Position numbers and translations under genes: made by a program. A stretch of 61,090 nucleotides of DNA from a virus (lineage: Duplodnaviria > Caudoviricetes). Location of the stretch: the IMG/VR virus record IMGVR_UViG_3300025407_001003, positions 1 to 61,090 of that record; one strand, 5' to 3'. The notes under the pieces are model-generated. The model searched no databases. It saw only the letters and a program-made list of their open reading frames with translations, and was not told the origin of the DNA. Below, piece after piece: positions 8,478-16,427 of this stretch (positions are counted from its first letter, which is position 1; the number at the start of each line of letters is the position of its first letter).

Positions 8478-9314
8478 GTGGATATATTCACTTTACGCCA
8501 ACAACAAGAACAAGGATCATATGATTTACGTACTACATTGCGTAGTGTTGTAATAAATCCAGTAGAACGCTGTAATCGAACATGTATAATTTGTCCGAGA
8601 AGTGATGAATTACTATATCCTACATTAAACACCGAAGTAAGTTTAGAAGTTGTAACAAAAATAGCTAACGACTTAGAAGCTATAAATTTTGAAGGGAGAG
8701 TTGGGTTTGATGGTCTTGGAGAACCGTTGTTACATTCTAATCTTGTTGAATGTGTTTCTATAGTACGAAAAACTATTACACGAATAAAATGGTTAGAAGT
8801 TCAAACTAACGGTGACTATTTAACCCGTGACAAGATAAAAGAACTTATAAATGCTGGATGTGATACAATTTCGATCAGTATGTATGATAAAGATGATACT
8901 GAGAAATTTCAGACATTAGCAAAAAATCTCCCAGTATCTTTAATATTGCGGCATCATTATGATAAATCAGTTAATTATAATTTGCACCTAGTAAATAGAA
9001 TTGATTTAGCTAATAAAAACTCGAAAATACTCAACATCAACAGACCATGTTATGTACCATTTTATAAAATGTTTATTGATTGTAATGGGGATGTGTTAGT
9101 ATGTAACAATGATTGGAGCAGATCAAGTTTTATAGGAAACGTATTAATAGATACTATTGAAAATATTTGGCTCGGAAATAATTTAAATACATACAGACAT
9201 AACTTAATTAATGGAAATCGGAAAAATTGTAATCCGTGTAATCGATGTGCAATTGACGGAACATTGTTAGGTAAAGAAAGTGCAGAAATTTTTCGAGAGA
9301 GCTTATTTTCATGA
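8478..9314 (+). CDS. radical SAM/SPASM protein
   Basis: CNRTCIICP, GLGEPLLH, TNG, C-terminal C...C...CNPCNRC; probable GTG start after tRNA-Ala. Confidence 0.85.
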   Translation: MDIFTLRQQQEQGSYDLRTTLRSVVINPVERCNRTCIICPRSDELLYPTLNTEVSLEVVTKIANDLEAINFEGRVGFDGLGEPLLHSNLVECVSIVRKTITRIKWLEVQTNGDYLTRDKIKELINAGCDTISISMYDKDDTEKFQTLAKNLPVSLILRHHYDKSVNYNLHLVNRIDLANKNSKILNINRPCYVPFYKMFIDCNGDVLVCNNDWSRSSFIGNVLIDTIENIWLGNNLNTYRHNLINGNRKNCNPCNRCAIDGTLLGKESAEIFRESLFS

Positions 9315-9850
9315 TAGGAATGCAAGAGATTAAAGATCCGTGGATGCATTGGATAGTAGATGAATTTCTTACACCCGAATGCCTTGCTGAAGTTAAAAAT
9401 GTTAACCATGTGAATGAGCAAATAAACTACGGTCGTAGAGTTGGTAGCCAGCGATTGTTTATTAATGAGCAAGTGCAAGATGCTTATCCAAACTTGTATA
9501 AATTGTACCAAAGTTTACATCAAGGAGAATATAGAGATTTTTTCGAATCTGTTACTAGTCAGTCATTTGAGGGATTATATCCGAGAGTCGAAGTTATTAG
9601 TGATTACGGGTTATTCTACCTCGATCCACATCATGACCACTTAGAAAAAAAGCTAACTGCTATTTTATACACAGATTATGAACAACTGTATCCAGGTACT
9701 GAATTGGAAAACGGATACAGAATTCCAGTAAAAGATAATCGATGTTTTTTCTTTGTTCCTGCCAAACATACAATGCATAGTTATCCAGAAACGAAGTTTG
9801 ATAAAATACGTAGATGTTTACAAATTAATTATTGGACATATACTATATGA
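9311..9850 (+). CDS. 2OG-Fe(II) oxygenase
   Basis: LDPHHD, distal HSY, RRCLQINY. Confidence 0.75.
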   Translation: MIGMQEIKDPWMHWIVDEFLTPECLAEVKNVNHVNEQINYGRRVGSQRLFINEQVQDAYPNLYKLYQSLHQGEYRDFFESVTSQSFEGLYPRVEVISDYGLFYLDPHHDHLEKKLTAILYTDYEQLYPGTELENGYRIPVKDNRCFFFVPAKHTMHSYPETKFDKIRRCLQINYWTYTI

Positions 9851-10683
9851 CTAGAGAGGAAGTTGACCGATTAAAAGACCTTCTTCCAAAATTTTCCAAT
9901 ATAATACATACTGATAATAACGTATATAATAATTGGAATTACTGTAAACAATATTATAATAATTTTAAATTTCAATTAATCGAAATTGATAGAACGGTTG
10001 ATCCTGTTATGTCGTTGCCTCTTTCTTTACTCGAATTTAAGTGGAAAGATCATCTTAATTACATAGAAGATCGAGACTTCTTTAAGTTACAATGGTTAAT
10101 TAACGATTACTTAACTACTGGGTTTACATTTCCTGTTCAATCAACTTGGAATTTTAAATTACATCACTGGGAGATGCATCCGGGATTATTGAGAGAGTTA
10201 GTATATAGCGCATTTAATCAGACTAAGTGGTTAGCTTTTTATCAAAATATTACAGATACTTCAGTTGTTACTATCGATACATATCATTCGGTTGACGATT
10301 TGTTAGTTAAATTAAATTTTAAAGATCAATACAATGTATATGCAAATCTAGTTAATTATTACGGTTTTCCTCTTTTTGCACTAAATGTTGAAAATTGCAA
10401 TATTGACGAATGTATAAAACTGCATAAGGATATTTTTTATAATAATTTAAAACGAGGAATTAACATACTAGCAGAGGATAATACTATAGATTTAGTCAAG
10501 CAGGAATTAGACAGTTGGCCCGAACACATGATAAAATCTAAAATTCTTTTCAACTCTGCTCACAATGCTCCTTCGATAAAAATAAGTATCTTTAACAAAA
10601 CACAATTTTATCTAAGTTTGTATTTTTTAGGCACTAATGTAAGAAATTATAAACAAACTGAATTTAGGTACATTAATGAATAA
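9847..10683 (+). CDS. hypothetical protein
   Basis: Long ORF translationally coupled (ATGA) to neighbours. Confidence 0.7.
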   Translation: MTREEVDRLKDLLPKFSNIIHTDNNVYNNWNYCKQYYNNFKFQLIEIDRTVDPVMSLPLSLLEFKWKDHLNYIEDRDFFKLQWLINDYLTTGFTFPVQSTWNFKLHHWEMHPGLLRELVYSAFNQTKWLAFYQNITDTSVVTIDTYHSVDDLLVKLNFKDQYNVYANLVNYYGFPLFALNVENCNIDECIKLHKDIFYNNLKRGINILAEDNTIDLVKQELDSWPEHMIKSKILFNSAHNAPSIKISIFNKTQFYLSLYFLGTNVRNYKQTEFRYINE

Positions 10684-11581
10684 AACAGATGAGAGAAAAC
10701 AATTACCATATGGTAGAGCCGAAGCTGTTGTTAGTTCTTCACACAAAAATGTTGTTTTACAAAATACTATATTATGTCTAAACAACCAATGTTTAGATAA
10801 TAACTCAATTCATAAGGATTTTGTTATAAAATATCGAGAGTGGGTTTCTACTACAAAATTAAACACTATAATAGGTTTAGAAAATTTTCCGGTTACTACA
10901 TATAGTAATGGTACGACTGAATCGTTTGATAAGTTTTATTTAAAAAATAAAACCAAACGTCTCCGGGTGTTTAAAGGTGAATACATGTATCATCAAGCAT
11001 CTGGAAGAAATTATTTTCCTAACTGGAAATTTATCGACGATGAAGAGCTAAAAGAAAATGATGTAGTAATTATTAGTCATCCGTTTTCTGATACAGGATG
11101 TGAACATCCATTATATAAACAAACTTTAGATACGTGTGCTAATTTAGGAATACCGGTACTAGTTGATTGTGCATTTTTTGGATTATGTTCGGATATTGTG
11201 TTTGACTTCACGCATCCTGCAATTACTGATATCACGTTTAGTCTGAGTAAATTCCTACCAGTGGCGCATTTACGTATAGGAATGAGATTAACTAAAATTG
11301 ACGATGATGATACATTACTAATTGCACACAAAATGTCGTATGTTAATAGAATAGGCGCAGCAGTTGGCGAGAATCTTATAAAACTGTATTCTCCCGATTT
11401 TAATTATAATACTTACCGATCAACGCAAGAAACTTTTTGTAAAAAATTACAAGTTTTACCAAGTAATACTGTAATTTTTGGTATTGATACTGAAAATAGA
11501 TATCAAGAATACAATAGAGGTTATGTTTCTAATAGACTGTGTTTCCCCAAATATCTAAAAAATAGGAAATTACCGATTTAA
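10676..11581 (+). CDS. PLP-dependent enzyme (aminotransferase class I/II-like fold)
   Basis: VLVDCAF and FSLSKFLPVAHLRIG (PLP-Lys motif). Confidence 0.8.
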   Translation: MNKTDERKQLPYGRAEAVVSSSHKNVVLQNTILCLNNQCLDNNSIHKDFVIKYREWVSTTKLNTIIGLENFPVTTYSNGTTESFDKFYLKNKTKRLRVFKGEYMYHQASGRNYFPNWKFIDDEELKENDVVIISHPFSDTGCEHPLYKQTLDTCANLGIPVLVDCAFFGLCSDIVFDFTHPAITDITFSLSKFLPVAHLRIGMRLTKIDDDDTLLIAHKMSYVNRIGAAVGENLIKLYSPDFNYNTYRSTQETFCKKLQVLPSNTVIFGIDTENRYQEYNRGYVSNRLCFPKYLKNRKLPI

Positions 11582-12309
11582 TGAGTACTATAGGATTCTT
11601 CGGTGATAGTTTCTGCGCTAAAAAAGATATGCCTTTTTTTAGTAAGAATACAGGAACTACTTACATCAAAAAACTCGAACTTAATTACAACACTAAAATT
11701 TTACAACTAGGTGTAGATGGGTCGTCTATTTGGGATCTGATTTTATTACAATTTAATCCTATCAAAACAAACTTACCGGATATTTGCATATTCGTATGGA
11801 CTAATAACGGGAGATTGTTTCATAGAGAAGTTCGAAATATAAATGCATCTTCATTATTAAAACATCACAATAGTAAAAATTTAATATGGAAATCTGCACA
11901 ATTATATTATGAAAATTTGCACGATTGGGAAAAAGAAGATTTAGAACATCTATCCGTTATGCATTATTTTGATACCGAAATCTTATCAAAATTAGACACG
12001 GGTATTAAGATTATTCATCTCTGGTCATATGGAGACATAGACTGGGATAACCGTGACAGATTCAATCCAGAAAATATAAAATATCCTTATAGATGGAAAA
12101 CTGGCATGGAAATAAGACCTGCGTTAGCATCAATTAGCATGATTGATGTACAAGATGATAACATACATTTTCATGACTCTCGTCCAAATCATTTAGACGG
12201 TGAACAGAAAAATGAATTAGTTTTTTCGTGGATTAAACATGCTATTGATAACTACAATCCAGGAAGTTGTTTAAATTTTGATTATGATGTAATTAATTTT
12301 ATAAAATAA
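11581..12309 (+). CDS. SGNH-like hydrolase/acyltransferase
   Basis: FFGDSF N-terminal block, LGVDGSS, distal PNH. Confidence 0.6.
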   Translation: MSTIGFFGDSFCAKKDMPFFSKNTGTTYIKKLELNYNTKILQLGVDGSSIWDLILLQFNPIKTNLPDICIFVWTNNGRLFHREVRNINASSLLKHHNSKNLIWKSAQLYYENLHDWEKEDLEHLSVMHYFDTEILSKLDTGIKIIHLWSYGDIDWDNRDRFNPENIKYPYRWKTGMEIRPALASISMIDVQDDNIHFHDSRPNHLDGEQKNELVFSWIKHAIDNYNPGSCLNFDYDVINFIK

Positions 12310-12311
12310 TA

Positions 12312-13169
12312 ATGCGTATTACAGAATTAAATTTATCAAAATATAATCGAGTGTTTACATTCGGTTGTAGTTATACAAATTATATTTGGCCGACATGGGC
12401 GGATATAATAGGCCGAGAGGTCCCAGTGTATGAAAACTGGGGTAAATCCGGTGGAGGCAATAGTTTTATCGTTAATTCTGTAATAGAATGTCATACAACA
12501 CATAAATTCCAAAAAGGAGATCTTGTGTTAATAATGTGGTCCTCCCTATCTCGAGAGGATCGATATATAAATGGCTCTTGGTTGTGTGTAGGTGGCATTG
12601 GCCATCAAACAGTATACAGTAAAGATTGGGTTAAAAAGTTTGGATTAGACATGCGCGGATATGCTATACGAGATTATGCTAATATTTTGTTAATACAAAA
12701 TTTATTAGAGAATCTTGAATGCGATTATGACCAGTATTCAATGCATCATCTTCTTTGTTTTGATCATAGTAATGTCGATCGATTGTTTCCTGATTTAGAA
12801 TATAGATATAATTTGTATAGAAGAATACTAATAGGAATAAATAAATCTGGAACTATTATCGAAGAAGGAAAGACAATAGTAGAAAATCAAGATGTTGTTG
12901 AACTTTATAAAACAATTTTTCCTAAAATTCATCTTTCAATTCAAGAAATAGTATATGATAATTTTTGGAAGACTAGGTTAATAGTGAACTTTGGAGATAC
13001 TCATCCGTCACCAAGTGAGCATTTATTATATTTAGATCGATTATATCCTAACAATTCTATCAGTCAATCGACAAGAGAATACGTTGAACAATATGATTGT
13101 ATAGTCAGGAATACTAACTCAAAATTGGAAGAAAATATACACACTCCGTCTAAAATAGTTAGATTATAG
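12312..13169 (+). CDS. SGNH-like hydrolase/acyltransferase
   Basis: FGCSYT, NWGKSGGGN, DTHPS. Confidence 0.6.
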   Translation: MRITELNLSKYNRVFTFGCSYTNYIWPTWADIIGREVPVYENWGKSGGGNSFIVNSVIECHTTHKFQKGDLVLIMWSSLSREDRYINGSWLCVGGIGHQTVYSKDWVKKFGLDMRGYAIRDYANILLIQNLLENLECDYDQYSMHHLLCFDHSNVDRLFPDLEYRYNLYRRILIGINKSGTIIEEGKTIVENQDVVELYKTIFPKIHLSIQEIVYDNFWKTRLIVNFGDTHPSPSEHLLYLDRLYPNNSISQSTREYVEQYDCIVRNTNSKLEENIHTPSKIVRL

Positions 13170-13179
13170 GAAATTAAAA

Positions 13180-13314
13180 ATGTCACAATGGTATGGCGGT
13201 AAAGGATCTACTCCGCGTAAAGTAGATAAGAAAAAGTTTGACGAAAACTGGGATAGAATTTTTGGAAAGAAAGATCAAAATAAACCGGTTGACAAACGTG
13301 AAGAAGATAAGTAA
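13180..13314 (+). CDS. small basic phage protein (44 aa)
   Basis: MSQWYGGKGSTPRKVDKKKFDENWDRIFGKK...; AGGA SD; below ORF-track cutoff. Confidence 0.7.
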   Translation: MSQWYGGKGSTPRKVDKKKFDENWDRIFGKKDQNKPVDKREEDK

Positions 13315-13317
13315 ACT
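13289..13317 (+). promoter_or_regulatory. sigma70-like promoter
   Basis: TTGACA-N17-TAAACT. Confidence 0.6.
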
Positions 13318-13347
13318 ATACAAATATTAACGCAATAGAGAAACAAG

Positions 13348-13530
13348 ATGGCAACAATTAGTAAAGCAAATAGACCAAGACAGGCTCCGGGAATGACCCA
13401 CAATGGTCGTCCACGCTTAAGAGCAAAGAGTGTTGCACAGTTAGAAGAAATGTATAGTAAGGCTAGCGATAAAAAGTCAAAAGGTAAAATCCTAAACGAG
13501 CTTAATCGTCAGCGTTCAAGAGTTAAATAG
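13348..13530 (+). CDS. small basic hypothetical protein
   Basis: 60 aa, Arg/Lys-rich. Confidence 0.65.
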   Translation: MATISKANRPRQAPGMTHNGRPRLRAKSVAQLEEMYSKASDKKSKGKILNELNRQRSRVK

Positions 13531-13536
13531 TTTATT

Positions 13537-13611
13537 GCCCCTTAAGCATTGATGGCGATGCGCATGACTTGTAATCATGATAACTCGGTTCGATTCCGGG
13601 CGGGGGCTCCA
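13537..13611 (+). tRNA. tRNA-Thr(TGT)
   Basis: CATGA-CTTGTAA-TCATG; T-loop TTCGATT; TCCA end. Confidence 0.9.
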
Positions 13612-13613
13612 AA

Positions 13614-13801
13614 CACTAGGTTACACTTTTACCTAAAGAAGTGGGTTATTGTCTGACCATACACGACACGGTGCTTAGGATCTATACCGCAAAGGCTTCA
13701 AATAAGGAGCGACTTGAGAATATCCTAGGGCGGGAACTGTACCGTCCAAATGGAAAAGCAGATGGACAGGTGTAACAACTCAGTTTAGGGCTTTGGTAGT
13801 G
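13614..13801 (+). ncRNA. candidate ~190-nt structured ncRNA after tRNA-Thr
   Basis: GC-rich non-coding; CACTA/TAGTG, GTTACAC/GTGTAAC, ACGGTGC/GTACCGT, TAGGAT/ATCCTA, GTCCA/TGGAC. Confidence 0.55.
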
Positions 13802-13815
13802 CGAAGTAGCTAAAC

Positions 13816-13900
13816 ACTTTAATTAAACACATCGGCTTGTACAGGACGCTGTTTAAGACCTTGAGAGAGGCGCAAGTTGTACGGTGTGTTTAATTAAAGT
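13816..13900 (+). ncRNA. long-stem hairpin element abutting tRNA-Gly
   Basis: ACTTTAATTAAACACATCG pairs with CGGTGTGTTTAATTAAAGT (19 bp). Confidence 0.6.
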
Positions 13901-13976
13901 GCGGGTGTAACTCAGTGGCTAGAGTGTCAGCCTTCCAAGCTGTTCGTCGTGGGTTCGAGTCCCATCTCCCGCTCCA
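13901..13976 (+). tRNA. tRNA-Gly(TCC)
   Basis: GCGGGTG...CCCGC-T-CCA; CAGC-CTTCCAA-GCTG. Confidence 0.93.
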
Positions 13977-13994
13977 ATTTAAATAGAGGTTATA

Positions 13995-14255
13995 ATGAGA
14001 GCAAGTCATATTTTAGTTGACACGTTAGATCAAGCAACTGCAATCTTAGAAGAAGCAAATGCATTAAATTTTGCTAGTTTAGCACAAGCACATAGCAAGT
14101 GTCCGAGTAAAGCAAGAGGCGGTGACTTAGGTGATTTTGGTCCAGGCATGATGGTAAAACCATTTGAAGATGCTACATTAGCAACAGCGGTTGGACAAAT
14201 TAGTCAGCCGGTCCAGACACAATTCGGATATCATTTAATTCACAGGACTGGTTAA
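13995..14255 (+). CDS. ppiC: parvulin-type peptidyl-prolyl isomerase
   Basis: ASHILV, HSKCPSKARGGDLG, MVKPFE, PVQTQFGYHLI. Confidence 0.95.
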   Translation: MRASHILVDTLDQATAILEEANALNFASLAQAHSKCPSKARGGDLGDFGPGMMVKPFEDATLATAVGQISQPVQTQFGYHLIHRTG

Positions 14256-14551
14256 TGGCTGATTTCAAAGAATTGATTACAGGAAAAGATAATGAAACGC
14301 TTTGCATGGGCCGAATCAGTTGGGCCGCTAGTTATATTGCTATTGTTGGGGTTGCTAGTGGCATTATTTTATCAGGCGGGGTCCTTGGAATCGCAGAACT
14401 CGGCATTGCGCTCGCAACAATCGCAGCTGGTCACGGAGCAGCAATCAAACTTAAAGAAACTACTGAACCAACAGTAGAACCAAAACAAGAACCAGTAGTA
14501 CCATTTTTTTCCGGATTGCAAGTAGTAATGCCGGAAACAGAAGAAAAATAA
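14255..14551 (+). CDS. small membrane protein
   Basis: Two hydrophobic segments; coupled to ppiC. Confidence 0.65.
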   Translation: MADFKELITGKDNETLCMGRISWAASYIAIVGVASGIILSGGVLGIAELGIALATIAAGHGAAIKLKETTEPTVEPKQEPVVPFFSGLQVVMPETEEK

Positions 14552-14560
14552 AGATTTTAC

Positions 14561-14577
14561 ACAGGATTAGCTTAGTT
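14561..14577 (+). pseudogene. possible 5' tRNA remnant upstream of HNH gene
   Basis: ACAGGAT-TAG-CTTAGTT resembles the 5' end of the downstream tRNA-Pro (CGGGGTT-TAG-CTGAGGTT); short match. Confidence 0.4.
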
Positions 14578-14623
14578 AATATTCATTTTGTAAGATAAAA
14601 GTCTAATGTTAAATAAATATTAG

Positions 14624-15328
14624 ATGAATTACAAAAAACATTATTTGTTATTAATAGAACGGGCAAAGTTAAGAAATATCGAGGACTATACCGAAAGACA
14701 TCATATTATTCCGCGATGTTTAGGTGGTTCTAATGCAGTAGATAATTTAGTTAATTTAACGCCAGAAGAGCATTATTTAGCACACCAATTATTAGTAAAA
14801 ATTCATCCTAATAATAAAAAATTACTACATGCAGCAATGATGATGATTCCGTCATCATCATACCAAAATAGAAATAATAAGTTATATGGATGGTTAAGAA
14901 AACGGTATTCTAAACAAAGAAAACGCGATACAATAGGAGATAAAAATCCAAATTTTGGAAAAAAATGGTATCATGAGCCAACTACACTTGAAAAAATAAG
15001 AGTAGTTCCAGGAACACAGCCAACAAATTTTGTCGAAGGCAGAACTCCAAAATTTAAAAATCGATATTGTAGAGTGTGTAAGAATTTTGTTGATAAAGTT
15101 CCATTATGGAATGGTAAATTAAAATTTTGCGATGGTTGTAAACCGCTTCATAAAAAAGAAAGATTGTTAAAATATGATTATTCAATCATTTCTTTGATTT
15201 ATAAAGAAGGAGTTAGTACTAAACAAGGGTATTATAGTATTGCTAAAAAATATGGTATAAACAAATGGTCGATTTATGATTACATTGAAAGATACAAAGA
15301 TCGATTAGAAAAAGAACACGGGGTTTAG
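14624..15328 (+). CDS. HNH homing endonuclease (Mob-like)
   Basis: YTERHHIIPRCLGGSN...NLVNLTPEEHYLAHQLL; GDKNPNFGKKW; TAG stop within tRNA-Pro. Confidence 0.92.
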   Translation: MNYKKHYLLLIERAKLRNIEDYTERHHIIPRCLGGSNAVDNLVNLTPEEHYLAHQLLVKIHPNNKKLLHAAMMMIPSSSYQNRNNKLYGWLRKRYSKQRKRDTIGDKNPNFGKKWYHEPTTLEKIRVVPGTQPTNFVEGRTPKFKNRYCRVCKNFVDKVPLWNGKLKFCDGCKPLHKKERLLKYDYSIISLIYKEGVSTKQGYYSIAKKYGINKWSIYDYIERYKDRLEKEHGV

Positions 15329-15394
15329 CTGAGGTTGGTTTAGCATACCGTTTGGGGCGGTAAGACGCAGGTTCGAATCCTGCAATCCCGACCA
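15319..15394 (+). tRNA. tRNA-Pro(TGG)
   Basis: CGGGGTT/AATCCCG-A-CCA; TACCG-TTTGGGG-CGGTA. Confidence 0.93.
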
Positions 15395-15398
15395 ATTT

Positions 15399-15455
15399 TA
15401 GGATCCATTCAGCAATTAAACATTTTACTTTTCATGTGAAACAAAGCGGATCCTG
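15399..15455 (+). ncRNA. CAGCA-motif RNA copy 2 (minimal hairpin cargo)
   Basis: TAGGATCC-ATT-CAGCA...GGATCCTG; interior TTTTAC-TTTTCAT-GTGAAA. Confidence 0.75.
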
Positions 15456-15470
15456 TTAGTTTTAAGATTT

Positions 15471-15590
15471 TAGGATGCTTTCAGCATAAAATTATTACAA
15501 GCCAAAAACGGCGGGTGTAGGTGCAATTCCTACTTCCTACGGGGATGATGTAACAGTAGCATGGCCGTCCGTAAATAATAATGCATCCTG
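15471..15590 (+). ncRNA. CAGCA-motif RNA copy 3 with circularly permuted tRNA-like domain
   Basis: TAGGATGC-TTT-CAGCA...GCATCCTG; order ACGGC, T-arm GTAGG-TGCAATT-CCTAC, TTCC-TACG-GGGA, D-arm ATGT/GCAT, GCCGT. Confidence 0.85.
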
Positions 15591-15602
15591 TTTATTTAGA
15601 GG

Positions 15603-15631
15603 TTGACAACTACCTTAAAAAGTTGTACTAT
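15603..15631 (+). promoter_or_regulatory. sigma70-like promoter for CAGCA RNA copy 4
   Basis: TTGACA-N17-TACTAT. Confidence 0.7.
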
Positions 15632-15644
15632 AATTTTAAGAATT

Positions 15645-15779
15645 TAGGATGCTTACAGCAAATATTTTCTAAAAGAATCAGGCATCGAAAGATTTGTAGG
15701 TTCAAGTCCTACACCCGATCACGCTGATTGGGTTGGCGAAATTGGTAAACGCACTTGACAAAAAAGAAAATGCATCCTG
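15645..15779 (+). ncRNA. CAGCA-motif RNA copy 4 with circularly permuted class II (Leu-like) tRNA domain
   Basis: TAGGATGC-TTA-CAGCA...GCATCCTG; TCAGG, variable arm ATC-GAAA-GAT, T-arm GTAGG-TTCAAGT-CCTAC, ACCCGATC-ACGCT-GATTGGGT, D-arm GCG-AAATTGGTAAA-CGC, CTTGA. Confidence 0.88.
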
Positions 15780-15786
15780 TTAAAAG

Positions 15787-15901
15787 TCTTTATACACATG
15801 CACACAAATGCGTAGGCCACGCAGATGTACTGGAGGACAGCTTTGTCGTTGGCGACATAGTTGGCAGGTTCGATTCCTGTGAGTGTGCAGATGTATAAAG
15901 A
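15787..15901 (+). ncRNA. tRNA-like element on an extended stem
   Basis: TCTTTATACA/TGTATAAAGA and TGCACAC/GTGTGCA; TGCGT/ACGCA, TGTCG/CGACA and T-arm GCAGG-TTCGATT-CCTGT; no CCA end. Confidence 0.6.
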
Positions 15902-15906
15902 TTTAT

Positions 15907-15980
15907 TTCGGGTTCGTCTAATGGTAGGACATGTGACTTTGACTCACAGAATCGAGGTTCGAGCCCTTGACCCGAAGCCA
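15907..15980 (+). tRNA. tRNA-Gln(TTG)
   Basis: TTCGGGT/ACCCGAA-G-CCA; TGTGA-CTTTGAC-TCACA. Confidence 0.93.
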
Positions 15981-16074
15981 ATTTAAAATATGAAATTAAT
16001 ACAAAATACAATTATAATACTAATAATCTTGTTCGTCCTTATAACATTTGGGGGCGTAACAGGACTCATCCAAT

Positions 16075-16148
16075 AGCGGGATGGAGTAACGGTAACTTAT
16101 GAGTCTCATAAGCTCAAGATCCTGGTTCGATTCCGGGTCCCGCTTCCA
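16075..16148 (+). tRNA. tRNA with CAT anticodon (elongator Met or Ile2)
   Basis: AGCGGGA/TCCCGCT-T-CCA; TGAGT-CTCATAA-GCTCA; lacks the initiator GGG/CCC anticodon stem. Confidence 0.88.
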
Positions 16149-16194
16149 AATTACTTCTGCGATAAATAATATACGTACATAATGGAGGTATATT

Positions 16195-16356
16195 ATGGCA
16201 GGATGTGTTGTTAAAAAATGTGGATGCAAAAGCACTCCACCGGGTATTTCAGAATACCAAGATAAAAGATATGGTCAGGATATGCGTGTTATGAATCTTG
16301 ATCAAAAGAAGTCCGAAGCAGTTTGTACTGTATGCGGTAAAACGCACAAGGCTTAA
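16195..16356 (+). CDS. small Cys-rich putative Zn-binding protein (53 aa)
   Basis: GGAGG SD; CGC...CTVCG; below ORF-track cutoff. Confidence 0.7.
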   Translation: MAGCVVKKCGCKSTPPGISEYQDKRYGQDMRVMNLDQKKSEAVCTVCGKTHKA

Positions 16357-16361
16357 ACAAT

Positions 16362-16402
16362 AACCCCTAATATCAAACATGTATTAGGGGTTTTTCTTTT
16401 TT
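16362..16402 (+). terminator. Rho-independent terminator
   Basis: AACCCCTAATA/TATTAGGGGTT followed by T-run. Confidence 0.8.
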
Positions 16403-16427
16403 ACTAAGTAGTTGAGAGGTTGAATAC

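Noticed and set aside
7898-8632. Track ORFs overlapping tRNAs (7898, 8092, 8333, 8399; also 3439, 15790, 16020, 48824)
   Set aside because: Shadow frames of tRNA or ncRNA genes.
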